Shown here: in pieces, positions 1-13,121 of the stretch
Numbering within the stretch: position 1 is the first letter of the stretch
How the letters are laid out: each line of letters begins with the position of its first letter
Origin: Eledone cirrhosa
Taxonomy: Eukaryota
Direction: 5' to 3'
NCBI GenBank assembly: GCA_964016885.1
Contig: CAXHJY010000547.1
Coordinates: 62,001 to 126,000, forward strand
DNA: 64,000 bases
Translations under genes and position numbers: made by a program
Notes under the pieces: model-generated
Seen by the model: the letters and a program-made list of their open reading frames with translations, nothing else
The model's database searches: none
Told to the model about the DNA's origin: nothing

Positions 1-195
1 GTTTCTACCTACGCCTTTCCTACACACCGAGCACGACCATTTCCCAGAAGGGACCGCCGCCTTGTTTTCTTTCCTACAAACTAGTACTTTGGTCTTAGCC
101 AGGTTAATTTTAAGTCCTTTTGACTCTAGGCCGTGCTTCCATGTTTGGAATTTCTTCTCTAGCTCGGCCATTGATTCCGCTATGAGTGTCAGGTC
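1..195 (-). mobile_element. RTE-clade LINE fragment (RT region after YADD, start of zinc finger)
   Basis: Minus strand reads [39 protein letters not shown]...[16 protein letters not shown], collinear with the copy at 60124-61578. Confidence 0.85.
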
Positions 196-986
<791 letters not shown>

Positions 987-1818
987 TCATCATCATCATC
1001 ATCATCATCATTTTACGTCCGCTTTTCCCTGCTTGCAAGGGTGGGACGGGTCTTATTCAGCACAGCATCTCTCCACTCGTCACGGTCCCTCGTCATCTCC
1101 ACCGTGAGCTTCAATGATCTGAGGTCTGTTCTCACCACCTCCGCCCATGTTTTTCGTGGTCTACCTCTACTACGTCTTCCTTCAACTGGCATTTCCTGGC
1201 ACTTCTTTACCCATCGGTCATCCTCCATGCGCATCACATGTCCATACCACCTTAGTCTCCTCTCCCGTACACTACATTCTATCCCTCTCAGACACAGTTT
1301 CTCTCTCAACACATTTATGCTGGGTCGTTCACGCACATTTACACTGCACATCCAACGGAGCATGCTTGCCTCATTTCTCTCCAGCCGTCGCATATCTTCT
1401 GCGGTAGCTGCCCATGTCTCACTACCATGCAGCATCGCGCTCCTCACACAGGCATCATACAACCGGCCTTTCGTACGCAGGGAGAAACCCTTCTTCGTCA
1501 ACAGAGGAAGCAGCTCCCTAAACTTCTTCCAACCCGTCCTTATTCTAGATACTATGGCCTCGGAACACCCTCCTCCCATGCTAATCTGATCTCCTAGGTA
1601 CCGGAAGCTATCCACCACTTCTATAGCGCCCTCTCGCATTTGAAAAATGTGTCTATCAGTGCGACTTCTACTGTCTAATTTCCCTGTACATCTACTGCAT
1701 ACATATTTCTCCCTACCTGTTAGTTTGCCTGCTATCCCGCTACATCTCTTGTGTACCCAGGACCTACATTGTGTGCATTTTATAGAATTTATGACAGTTC
1801 CTTTTCTGCATATCGAAC
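987..1818 (-). mobile_element. 5'-truncated RTE LINE, 3' part of ORF with (ATG)n tail
   Basis: ORF 1013..1978 contains [24 protein letters not shown] and RGRPRKTW motifs, plus CxxC..CxxC..HxxC..CxxC. (CAT)n tail at 987-1010. Confidence 0.93.
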
Positions 1819-1894
1819 ATATATATACATATATATATATATACATATCCCTTTTTCGGATTATATTACTGTGAGAGCCCTGGTTTTCTGTTGA

Positions 1895-1976
1895 GCTCTG
1901 CTGATGAATGAAATTCCAACCGTGACCATCTCCACTGAAAGTTTTCATGAAATAGTCTTTTAAGACTATACAGAGC
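1895..1976 (+). ncRNA. Type I hammerhead ribozyme motif
   Basis: gctctg-CTGATGA-atgaaa..tttcat-GAAA-tagtctt tt aagacta-TA-cagagc. Helices I, II and III all pair; predicted cleavage after AUA at 1970. Confidence 0.8.
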
Positions 1977-2494
1977 ATTTGATGTTATTCCAAATTGAAG
2001 GATAAGTGTTTCAAACTTTATTTTATCATGAGTTAAAGGTCTATAGATTTTTCCCTGGATTTTACTAAATTCTGTGGATGAATTTATATCCTGATACTCT
2101 TTTGAGATGAGTTTGAGTTATTTTTCCTAAATCTTTCGTTAACTACTTTTCCCATCTTGACGTTATAGTCGCATATATGTTATAGAATGCCGTTAGCTTC
2201 TTGCTAAAACAATCTCTATACCTCTCATTTATATTTATACTCGGATTCTTTTCCTAGAGTGCTTAAACTAACTGTGATAATTATTGCTATTTTGCTGAAC
2301 TCCTTTGTAGAGTTTTTTTTCAGAATGTATTTGACTGCTATTTCTTGTAAATAAACATTCACTTCCATCCTGACGTCACTAGCCCCGTTTTTTCCCCATG
2401 TGCTTTTTCATAAATACACATGAAGGCGAACTAGCCAGTTTTAGAATTCCCTTTTTCGGATTATATTACTGTGAGAGCCCTGGTTTTCTGTTGA

Positions 2495-2576
2495 GCTCTG
2501 CTGATGAATGAAATTCCAACCGTGACCATCTCCACTGAAAGTTTTCATGAAATAGTCTTTTAAGACTATACAGAGC
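2495..2576 (+). ncRNA. Type I hammerhead ribozyme motif (second copy)
   Basis: Identical to 1895-1976, 600 bp downstream. Confidence 0.8.
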
Positions 2577-2827
2577 ATTTGATGTTATTCCAAATTGAAG
2601 GATAAGTGTTTCAAACTTTATTTTATCATGAGTTAAAGGTCTATAGATTTTTTCCCTGGATTTTACTAAATTCTGTGGATGAATTTATATCCTGATTCTC
2701 TTTTGAGATGAGTTTGAGTTATTTTTCCTAAATCTTTCGTTAACTACTTTTCCCATCTTGACGTTATAGTTGCATATATGTTATAGAATGCCGTTAGCTT
2801 CTTGCTAAAACAATCTCTATACCTCTC

Positions 2828-2913
<86 letters not shown>

Positions 2914-2914
2914 G

Positions 2915-3195
2915 AACTTAGGGAAATTAACAAAGAGAAGACAAGACAATGAAAACAAGGCAAAATGAAAAACAATTTCTAATGGGAAACCTTGACTATA
3001 TTAGAGAGGCAGGGCCCAATGGCTGAGCTCTTTCCTTTTCAACAGATAGTTCCTGAGTCAAGATTTCCCCTTTAAAAAATTGTCTTTCATTTTGCCTTGT
3101 TTTAGTTCATTGTCATTTCCCAATTCCCAAGTCTGGAATTAGCTGTAGAAACAGCAAGAGCTCAGCCATTGGGCTCTGACTCTTTCTAATATATA
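2915..3195. mobile_element. TA-flanked short element with interleaved inverted repeats
   Basis: A (~2945-2998) pairs with A' (~3056-3115); B (~2998-3053) pairs with B' (~3135-3193). Confidence 0.6.
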
Positions 3196-3440
3196 TAAGT
3201 ATTAAGGTGCAAATTTATTGCATCCATAGGCGGTATGCTGAATGAGCACTCAATGCTCTTGGGGACCAGAGTATCAATAATATTAATATATAAGGGAACA
3301 GTGTTGCATCATATACATATTTAATTACATATTACATAGATCGTTCCTCGAGCTGATCGACAGTGAAACATATGTAATATGTAATTACATATGTATATGA
3401 TGCAACACTGATTTTTTATTCCCTTATATTTTAATACTAT
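3190..3440. mobile_element. Fold-back element with 3' half of HHR core
   Basis: Inverted arms ~3287-3338 and ~3371-3429. GAAA-CATATG-TA at 3365-3376. gagcactc motif in tail. Confidence 0.55.
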
Positions 3441-3444
3441 ATAG

Positions 3445-4673
3445 TTTAAGATCGGATGCCCTATATGTGGATGATCTCACACTTATAGCTGAATCTATGG
3501 AGGAACTAGAGAAGAAATTCCAAACATGGAAGCAGGGACTAGAAAGAAAGGGTCTCAAAGTCAACCTGACAAAGACTAGGTCCTCATAAGTAGATGAGAA
3601 AACAGAACCCCGATCCCCTCAGGGAAATGTTCTTGCTCAGTATGTAGGAAAGGTGTAGGTAGGAACTCCATCCTCTACCCCAAATGCAAACAGTGGGTAC
3701 ACAAGAGATGTAGCAGGATCTCGGGAAGCTTAGCTAAGAATGTAGGCTTCACATGTAGCAGCTGTGCTGGGACAGCAAGCAGCAAATGGCCACAGGAAAT
3801 AAGCACTACCAAATTCTGGGAGGGCTCTGTAGAAACAGTAGACAGCTTCTGCTACCTAGGTGACCGGAGGTGGGTGTTCGGAAAATACAATAACTAGGGT
3901 AAGAACGGGATGGAAGAAGTTCAGGGAGCTACTGCCACTGCTAGCTACAAAAGGCTTTTCCCACAAAATGAAAAGCAGACTGTATGATGCGTGCATACAA
4001 ACGGCAATGCTACATGGTAGGGCGACCTGGGCATAGTGTGTAGAAGACTTGCGCAGATTATAAAGAAACGAAGCCTGCCTGCTCCGATGGATGTGTAATA
4101 GTAATATACGTGAACAGCAAAGCATAAACGAATTGAGAGAGAGACTGAGCATAAGCGGAATCAAATGTGTGCAGGAGAGGAGGTTGCGTTGGTATGGACA
4201 TGTGATGCATATGAAGGATGACAGCTGCATAAAAAGGTGCAGAGCACTAGAAGTCGATGGAAGCCGTGGAGTGGGGAGATGCACGAAGACCTGGTATGAG
4301 GTGATAAAAGCCGACCTTACCCAATTGCACCTCTCAAAGGCGATGACACACAACCGTGAACTCTGGCGTCATGCAGTAATACAGAGTACCCGACTTCCCA
4401 TGAGTACAGGTCGAAGCTGAAGCATATAGACAATATGCTCCCACTACAAAGTGGTCGTGGAGGTGCCACGGCACAAAAGCATCCAGCCCACACTGTAAAG
4501 TGGACGTGTAGGTACCACGGAAAAAAAGCACCCAGCACTCACTGTAAATGAGGTTGGTGTTAGGAAGGGCATCCATCTGTAGAAATCAAGCCAGAATCAG
4601 TTCCAGTACGAGTAAGACAAGGTCAAGCGACTGGACACTGCCCACAAATGGACAACCCGTGATGATGATGATG
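3445..4673 (+). mobile_element. Degenerate RTE LINE (RT 3' part, 3' UTR, (GAT)n tail)
   Basis: Collinear with 60290-61578 but carrying stops and frameshifts. ORF 4091..4420 has RRLRWYGHV. Confidence 0.92.
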
Positions 4674-4925
4674 ATCATCATCATCATCATCACTGTTTTA
4701 CATCCGTTCTTCCATGCTAGCATGGGTTAGACGGGTTGTCCTGTTGTGGGCAGTGTCCGGTCGGCTGACCTTGTCTTGCTCATACGGGAACTGATTCTGG
4801 CTTGATTTCTACAGCTGGATGCCCTTCCTAACACCAACCTCATTTACAGTGAGTGCTAGGTGCTTTTGTTCTGTGGGGCCTACACGTCCACTTCACAGTG
4901 GGAGGGTGTGGGGGCATATGGGATA
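4674..4925 (-). mobile_element. RTE 3' UTR fragment, tail-to-tail with previous copy
   Basis: Reverse complement of the same 3' UTR. The (GAT)n/(CAT)n junction lies at ~4674. Confidence 0.85.
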
Positions 4926-5060
4926 TATATACACACACACCATACTGCTATAAATTGTATCTCAAGAATATATATTAACTATATATATATATATATATAC
5001 CCAACTCATTGCTATAAACTATATTCTTCTATATTATATACACCACACAGCTATAAACTA

Positions 5061-5686
5061 TCATCATCATCATCATCACCGTTTAACGTCCGTGTTCCAC
5101 GCTTGCATGGGTTTGGACGGGGGTTATTTTGTTAGATGCCTACTGGCTGTAGTAGGTTTTACTATGTATTTAGGTAAGGCGGGTCTTCTCTTTTACTGAG
5201 TACCGCCAAAGGTCTCGGTCCAGTGACATTGTCTTGGAGAGGTGTAAGTGTGTGAGGTCGGAGTTTATCAGCTCGTCCCAGGTTTTTCTAGGTCTGCCTA
5301 TTCCGTGGCTACCGTCTATCTTTATTGCCCTGCACTTTGTTATACAGCTATCGACTTTCATGCGCATCACGTGTCCATACCAACGTAGCCTTCTCTCGAG
5401 TAAACAACATCTGATCCCTCTTATTTCTAATTTTTTCCTTAGTTCGTTTATGCTTTGCCGTTCACGTATATTACTGTTACACATCCAGCGGAGCATGCAA
5501 GCTTCGTTCCTCTCTAGTCTGCGTATATCCTCTGCACACAATGCCCAGGTCTCACTGCCATGCAACATTGCTGTTCGTATGCAGGCATCGTACAACCTGC
5601 CTTTCATTTTTAGGGAGAACCCTTTAGCAGCTAATAGTGGTATAAGCTCTCTGAACTTTTTCCAACCAGTTCTGACTCTAGCTACT
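5061..5686 (-). mobile_element. RTE LINE 3' fragment (related subfamily)
   Basis: ORF 5170..5607 has [19 protein letters not shown] and GRPRKTW. (CAT)n tail at 5061-5078. Confidence 0.92.
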
Positions 5687-6099
5687 GTAATATATATATA
5701 TCCAAGTTATTGCTATAAACTCTATTTCTATATATTATATACACCAAACGGCTATAAACTATATATATATATACACATACCCAAGTTGATGCTATAAACT
5801 CTATCTCTATATAATATATACACCACATTACATTAAATCCAACTTTAAACTCTACAACTCTGTTACAACATTGGATGACATTTTTCTCTTTCTTTGTCAG
5901 TTTTTCTTTGAGTTTCTTTCTTAGAAATGAATGTATATTGACACAGTGAATGTGCAGTCATGACTGTATAGTTTACTCCATAACTACTCTAAGACCTCAA
6001 ATAATTGTCTTCCTCCCACACTTATTCATTTTTCAGATTTTAACACCAACCTTTCTTATTAAATTTTACTTATCTCTCTCTGGAAAAATTTTATTTTAA

Positions 6100-6320
6100 C
6101 CCTTTAGCATTTACATTACTCTATATTTACTATTATATTTTCACGGTAAAAGCTTTACCGTACATGTTGATCTCTCATAATATCGAATCTATGAGATTTT
6201 GATGTTATTTATTTTGAGTACAATACCTTAACATCAGTATGAGCAGCCAGGTACAGCCAGTTTGAACAGAAAGAGGTGAGAGAATTCTGGCTGGATATGG
6301 CCGGTTTAAATGCTAAAGGG
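6100..6320. mobile_element. piggyBac-like MITE
   Basis: TTAA-ccctttagcattt...aaatgctaaaggg-TTAA (TIRs plus TTAA duplication). Other copies at ~19311-19522, ~19660-19782 and ~25799-25995. Confidence 0.75.
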
Positions 6321-6569
6321 TTAAATAGCAGCATTCCTGTGATAATTTTCTTTCGACATCAAAAAACATTATACATGACAAAAAAAGTACATTACTAGAA
6401 ATCCTAAATGTTATAAGATAGGATGGGAGAGGTTGGGACCTGAGAGTATATGGATTTGTGTGCATGGCAACATGGTCAAGTTTGTCTTACTATAGTTTGG
6501 GTTAAGTCTGACTTTCTATAGACTTGTGAATTAATCTATTAGACAGAAACTGTGTGGAAGCCTATAAAA

Positions 6570-6602
<33 letters not shown>

Positions 6603-6604
6603 TA

Positions 6605-6845
6605 AAAAAAACACACAGTCCACACTGTAATGTGGCCGTGTAGGTAACATGGTAAAAACCTCCCAGTCCACACTGTAAATGTGGTTGGTGTAAGGAAGGG
6701 CATCCAGCCGTAGAAAACCTGCCAGATAGTCCTATACGAACGAGACACAGTCACCCGACCAATCTTGCATCAAGTGGGACAATTCCCGTCTAACCCATGC
6801 TAGCGTGGAAGATAGACGTTAAACGATGATGATGATAATGATGAG
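6605..6845 (+). mobile_element. RTE-type 3' UTR fragment with (GAT)n tail
   Basis: ggttggtg..aggaagggcatccagc motif and tail. Similar pieces at ~15180-15535, ~16705-16945, ~21525-21795, ~59013-59215 and ~59585-59760. Confidence 0.7.
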
Positions 6846-7147
6846 AGATATAGATGGGTTGAATGGGTTGTCACAGAGACTAGACATGGTCAGATAACCA
6901 CATCTTGTTCATAGGTTCCATATTTGGCATGATTTCTATGGTGACAAGCCTCGCTCAATGACAACCATTTGAACTGGGTGTATTATATTGTGGCACCAAC
7001 ACTAGGTTGGCAAGTTCTTAACAAGGCCAAAAGGTCCTATCTTCCCTTCATTGATTTGGTTCGTTCAATAACTAGTTTCATCCATGTTAAAAGGGGGACC
7101 TCTCCACTATATCGAGTCTCTGATCTTTTGCCACAATTACATTTAGC

Positions 7148-7646
7148 AACACTAGTGTGTAGGTCTTTACTATCTTCTACTAGTGTATGGTCTGTACTAG
7201 CTGGTACTAGTGTGTAGGTATGTACTAGCTGGTGCTAGTGTGTAGGTCTGTACTAGCTGGTGCTAGTGTGTAGGTCTGTACTAGCTGGTGCTAGTGTGTA
7301 GGTCTGTACTAGCTGGTGCTAGTGTGTAGGTATGTACTAGCTGGTGCTAGTGTGTAGCTCTGTACTAGCTGGTGCTAGTGTGTAGGTCTGTACTAGCTGG
7401 TGCTAGTGTGTAACTCTGTACTAGCTGGTACTAGTGTGTAGGTCTGTACTAGCTGGTACTAGTGTGTAGGTCTGTACTAGTTGGTACTAGTGTGTAGGTC
7501 TGTACTAACTGGTACTAGTGTGTAGGTCTGTACTTGTTGGTACTAGTGTGTAGGTCTGTACTAGCTGGTACTAGTGTGTAGGTCTGTACTAGTTGGTATT
7601 AATGTGTAGGTCTGTACTAGCTGGTATTAGTGTGTAGGTCTGTACT
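7148..7646. repeat. 28-bp minisatellite
   Basis: Unit gctagtgtgtaggtctgtactagctggt, about 17 copies. Confidence 0.95.
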
Positions 7647-8012
7647 AATGGGTGGGTCTTTTCTACACATACTTTTCAATGAAGTATTTAGGTTAGTTGA
7701 GTTGACCTAATTTATAATTAATAAAAGGATTCTGTAACAATAATAATAACAATGATACTACTACTAATGATGGTAGTGTTTCTCTGTTATTTAATCTACA
7801 TCACCCCAGCTGCCCGAAGTTTCTTCTCTTGATCAATACAATATCTCCCTCCTTGCTCTCCAGTTTAGTTTGTGGGAGATTTAAAGATTTTACAGGTAAA
7901 TTTCATCAAATCTCCTTTCATATTATCTTAAATACCTGGAAAAGCTGGCTAATAATGGTTTTATTGGCTTTTGTACTTCAACTGGTCCACTGTCTTAAGC
8001 CAGTTTGTATTC

Positions 8013-8602
8013 CCACCATCACTGTGATGGGGGTGATACCATTATCTCAGTCAGGGGTGATACCATTATTTCAGTCACTACCATCACTGTGATGGAGGTG
8101 ATACCATTATCTCAGTCAGGGGTGATACCATTATCTCAGTCAGGGGTGATACCATTTTCTCAGTCATACCATCACTGTGACGGGGGTGATAACCATTATC
8201 TCAGTCAGGGGTGATACCATTATCTCAGTCAGGAGTTATACCATTTTCTCAGTCATACCATCACTGTGATGGGGGTGATACCATTATGTCAGTCAGGGGT
8301 GATACCATTATCTCAGTCACTGCCATCACTGTGATGGAGGTGATACCATTATCTCAGTCAGGGGTGATACCATTATTTCAGTCACTACCATCACTGTGAT
8401 GGAGGTGATACCATTTTCTCAGTCATACCATCACTGTGATGGAGGTGATACCATTATCTGTCAGGGGTGATACCATTATCTCAGTCAGAGGTGATACCAT
8501 TTTCTCAGTCATACCATCACTGTGATGGAGGAGATACCATTATCTCAGTCATACCATCACTGTATAAGGGTGATACCATTATCTCAGTCAAGGGTGATAC
8601 CA
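8013..8602. repeat. Composite minisatellite (27-bp core ggggtgataccattatctcagtca)
   Basis: Tandem variants visible directly. Confidence 0.92.
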
Positions 8603-9376
8603 CTACCACACCACCACCATCACCACTCTACCACACCACCACTCTACCCACACTACCACACCACCACTACCACACCACTACCACACCACCACCACCACCA
8701 CCACACCACCACCACCACTCTACCACACCACCACCACTACCACACTACCACACCACTCTACCACACCACTGCCACCACTCTACCACACCACTGCCACCAC
8801 TCTACCACACCACTGCCACCACTCTACCACACCACCACCACCAACTACATGCACAACCCTTATCACCTCAACCACCATCACAACTACCTATGCCATCATC
8901 ATCACCATCATCATCACCATCAACACCACTACCATCACAACTACCCATGCCATCATCACCACCATCAACACCACTAACATCACAACTACCCATGCCATCA
9001 TCACCACCATCAACACCACTAACATCACAACTACCCATGCCATCATCACCACCATCACCATCAACACCACTACCATCACAACTACCCATGCCATCATCAT
9101 CACCATCATCATCACCTCAATCAACACCACTACCATCACAACTACCCATGCCATCACCATCAACGCCATCACAACTACCCATGCCATCATCACCACCATC
9201 ACCTCAATCACCACCATCACAACTACCCATGCCATCCCCATCACCACCATCACAACTACCCATGCCATCCCCACCATCACCATTCCCACCACCATCAACA
9301 CCTTCAACACCATCACAACTACCCATGCCATCATCACCATCACCTCAATCAACACCACAACTGTCACCACCATCAT
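8603..9376. repeat. (CAC/CAT)-rich low-complexity tandem repeat
   Basis: Degenerate trinucleotide tract with recurring ccatcacaactacccatgccatca. Confidence 0.9.
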
Positions 9377-10589
9377 GTATTTCACCACAATTTTATTTTC
9401 ATAGCTGGATGGGTTGGACAAGATATGTTTTTTTTCTCTTTTTAGGTAGTGTTTCTATGGCTGTATGCCCTTCTCCATACCAACCAGCATTTACTTTCTA
9501 ACTATGGTATATATCACGGTAAACAATGATGATGATGTTCATCAAAGCAGTAAAACTACTGTTACTGAGGGACATAAACAAATGTCCTCTACTTTAAGCT
9601 ATGTCGATGTGGTGATACAAGCAGTGGCTGATACACACTTACATAGCTTTTCATAATAAGTAATAGTTTCTACTTTTGGCACAATTACCCCAGTGCATTA
9701 CTGGTACTTTATTTTATCGACCCTGTAAGGACGAAAGGCAAAGTTAATCTCGGTGGGATTTGAATTCAGAATATAAATGCAACCAAGGTTTTAGGGAGAA
9801 TTCTAACATATTATTTGTTATACATACGTTTCACCAAATGTAGAAAATAATGGATCATACAGACACATTGAACTCTTTTTCACAATTCTCTACTAAGTTG
9901 TATTGTCCACTTTCACAGCTAGCAGGCGTTGGACAGGTCTAGATAAATGAAGTCTGTACTGAAGTGGAACCACTGATCTCCCAGGCAAGCCAAGTACCTG
10001 TGCAGTTACGTACGGTCTCACGATCAATTGAGTACTCAGGAGAGGTTGTCAACTGAGGGTCCTCCCAACCCAGGTGGTTGTGCTGGAGAATTACAAAAAG
10101 CTGCCAGTTCACCATGTAAGGTGGTTGTGCTGGTAACTTAATGAAAAAGCACCCAGTTTTCCCTATTAAATGGACATTTTGGTGCCACGATAAAGAGCAA
10201 CAAGGTTAATGTTAGGAAGGGTATCCAGCTGTAGAAACCAAGTCAAAAAAACAGATCTTTATGGACAAGACGTGGGTTATCTCACCTGACTTGTTTCATA
10301 ACATGACAACCCATCTAACCCACACAATCATAGAAAATGGATGTTAAACAATGATGATGGCTTTACCAGTTTGGAATTCAATGGTCTTGTCCACTAGATA
10401 ATTTTATTAATGGCTTTGTTTTCTGAGAGTATTATTTGCACGTAGAGTATTTGGTGATTGGTTTGTGTTCTGGCTGTGTCTGTGTTTGGATTTGTGTGGT
10501 TGATGGTCCTACTTCCTTGTTTGCATAGCGTGGCAGATATACGTTAAACGATGATGATAATGATTATATATATATATATATATATGTAT

Positions 10590-10718
10590 GTAAAAGGTAA
10601 ACAGAAATAACAACAGTATATGGAAGGAATATATTAGGTTAACGCTTGATATAGCAAGAAGAAGGTCTTAACGTTTTGGACGAGAGTCCTTCATCAGAAG
10701 AAAGAATGAGAAATAAGA
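10590..10718 (-). mobile_element. TA-flanked element with minimal HHR (10666-10701)
   Basis: Reverse complement tctt-CTGATGA-aggac tctc gtcc-AAAACGTT-aaga (core G12 mutated). More degenerate homolog at ~40570-40700 (+). Confidence 0.65.
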
Positions 10719-10830
10719 TATATATATATATATCATCTGATAGTGTAGTGTATGTATAGTTAGGGTAGTTATCAATGGTGAATAGACTGGTTGGAGCACT
10801 AATGGTCTTATTTACGTATATATATATATA

Positions 10831-11028
10831 ACGAAGGAAGTGTGGCAAGGAACCAGGTGGGCCATAATGCACCAGAGTACTCAATACTTTGGGTAGTAGA
10901 GTGGGTAATAGGAAAAGGTTCAGGACCCCGACGGCAGAGCTCAAGCCGTTTTGATGGCTATTTCTGGGCTGAAATAACCGTCGAAACAGCTTGAGCTCTA
11001 CCGTTGGGGTCCTGAACCTTTTCCTATA
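10831..11028. mobile_element. Fold-back TA-flanked element with HHR 3' half
   Basis: Palindrome ~10908-11027. Family consensus GAAA-cggc..gccg-TC (GUC site). Copies at 51459-51651, 55440-55620 and 57363-57508. Confidence 0.7.
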
Positions 11029-11284
11029 AATATATATATATAATGGTTTCTGATTTAGGCACAAGGTCAGCAATTTATGGGGGAGGGGAAGTCAATTAAA
11101 TCGAGCCCAGTGTGTGACTTGCACTTTATTTAGTCGACCCCCTAAGGATGAAAGGCAAAGCTAACCACTGCGGGATTTGAACTCAGATTGTATATATATT
11201 AAGTATAAAGAAGGTGCCAAATTGGCATTAAGTTTATTCAGGTGTAACATGGTTTATGTGATAGATCAGCTCAATGTTTGGAAC

Positions 11285-11760
11285 CCCCCCCCTCTCCCTC
11301 CCTATCTCTCTCCCTCTCCCTCTCTCTCCTTCTCCCTCTCCCTCTCTCTCCTTCTCCCTCTCCCTCTCCCTCTCGCTCCTTCTCCCTCTCCCTCCCTCTC
11401 CCTCTCCCTCTCCCTCTCTCTCTCCCTCTCTCTCCCTACCTCTCTCCCCCTCTCTCTCTCCCCCCTCTCTCTCTCCCCCCCTCTCTCTCTCCCCCTCCCT
11501 CTCTCTCTCCCTCTCCCTCTCTCTCTCCCTCCCTCTCCCTCTCTCTCTCCCCCTCTCCCTCTCTCTATCCCTCTCTTCCTCCTCTCTCCCTCCTCTCTCC
11601 CTCCTCTCTCCCTCCTCTCTCCCTCCTCTCTCTCTCTCTATCCCCCTCCCCTTCTCCCCCCTCTCCTTCTCTCCCTCCCCCCCTCCCCCTCTCCACCCCC
11701 TCTCCACCCTCTCCACCACCCCTCTCCATCCCTCTCCACCACCCCTCTCCATCCCTCTCC
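11285..11760. repeat. Polypyrimidine (CT/CCT) tract
   Basis: About 475 bp of almost only C/T. Confidence 0.95.
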
Positions 11761-11764
11761 TTAC

Positions 11765-11952
11765 CATAAAGGAAGTAGCTTTGCTCCTTGTCTTTCTCTC
11801 TTCTCAATATTCTTTGGATTCCTGATGTGACTATATCTTTTAATTGGAGAAATCTTAGTCTGTCAGGAGTAGGTAAATATGGCATTGACAGGTAATTTTG
11901 TTTTAGCAATGTCTCCAAGACATATTCCTCAATGTCTATTGACTCAATACTT
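11765..11952 (-). CDS. Putative coding exon (SIESIDIEEYVLETLLKQNYLSMPYLPTPDRLRFLQLKDIVTSGIQRILRREKDKEQSYFLY)
   Basis: Non-repetitive open frame bounded by ttgtatag acceptor and G|gtaagg donor. Confidence 0.5.
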
Positions 11953-12023
11953 CTATACAATATGTTGGTGACATTCATTAGAATTCAAGTTTTTTATTAG
12001 CTGATGTTTTGCTATTTTCTTAC

Positions 12024-12392
12024 CAGGAATTGTCATTTAATAGTGAGGGTGTTTTTGTGGAAAATTGGTGGCTGTTTGTCATGGCCTGCACTGTTGTCTC
12101 ATCACCATTGTTGTTATCATCACCACCATCACCATGGTGATCATCCTCATCACCATCACCACCACCACCACCATCATCACCACCACCATCATCATCACCA
12201 CCACCATCATCATCATCACCATCACCACCATCATCACGATGGTCATTATCACCACCAATGTCATCATCATCACTATGGTCATCATCAGCGTCATCATCAC
12301 CATGGTGATCATCCTCATCACCATCATCACCATCATCATTATCAGTTGATGTCCATTCTTCCATGAAATGGTTGTCACAGACCAAGACATTT
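12024..12392 (-). CDS. Putative exon with Asp/Gly-rich trinucleotide tract
   Basis: Open frame NVLVCDNHFMEEW-(D/G-rich)-ETTVQAMTNSHQFSTKTPSLLNDNS. 369 nt, donor TG|gtaaga, then a 71-nt intron. Confidence 0.4.
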
Positions 12393-12834
12393 CTTAAATA
12401 AAGGTACTGTCTCAAATATTTTCCAGTTTTGGGATGGTGTCTATGGCTGGATGCCCTTTCTAATGTCAATCACATTACAGAGTGTACTGGGTGTATTTTA
12501 TCATGGTAACAGTACTATATAGCAGTCATAGGCAAACTGCAGCCCGTTTGGCTTTCTGAATGGCCCACCTTATGAGTCACATCCTATGTGACCCACTGCT
12601 TGAAAAAGGTTGCCCATACCTGTTATAGTGTCTGTCATGCCCTAGACACATCTGAAAAGTACCCTCAATCCTTCTTTGACATGGTTTCTATAGTCTTTAA
12701 TGCCATCTAATTTACAGAGTGTACTGGCTGTATTTTATGATGGTGATGGCACTACAGAGGCTGTCATGTCTTAGACACAACTGAAGAATCTTTTCTACAG
12801 CTGGTACCACAATGAAATACACCCAGTTGAAGTG

Positions 12835-13121
12835 TTTGAGAAAGAAACTGGGTATAAGAGGGATAAGTTGTGGTGTGCAGAAGAGAAGGCTGAGATGGTA
12901 TGGACATGTGATGTACATGGAGGATGACCGCTGGGTAAAGAAATGCCAGTAGAAGGAAGACGCAGTAGAAGATCACAAAAAACATGGGCGGAGGTGGTGA
13001 GAGCAGACCTCAGATCACTGAAACTCACCGAAGAGATGACGAATGGAGAGATGCTGTGCTGAATAGGACCCGCCCCACCCTTGCAAGCAGGGAAAAGCGG
13101 ACGTAAAATGATGATGATGAT
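12835..13121 (+). mobile_element. RTE LINE 3' fragment
   Basis: Encodes [10 protein letters not shown]. Matches the 3' end of the 987-1818 copy and ends in (ATG)n. Confidence 0.85.

Larger units (their letters stand above)
1848..2830 (+). mobile_element. Non-autonomous HHR-bearing element: ~383-bp direct repeats (1848-2230, 2448-2830) around a ~217-bp spacer, in (TA)n
   Basis: 600-bp period, near-identical copies, TA tracts on both sides. Each repeat carries a hammerhead motif. Confidence 0.8.

Noticed and set aside
8467-9501. 344-aa Pro/Ser/His-rich mucin- or extensin-like ORF
   Set aside because: Open in several frames on both strands; simple-repeat origin, no splice context.
7810-9967. 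Plus-strand exon pair (7810-7895 with cag|gtaaat donor; ~9936 ..SRRWTGLDK*)
   Set aside because: Phase-compatible but short, with no recognisable homology, and conflicts with the minus-strand model; too weak to call.
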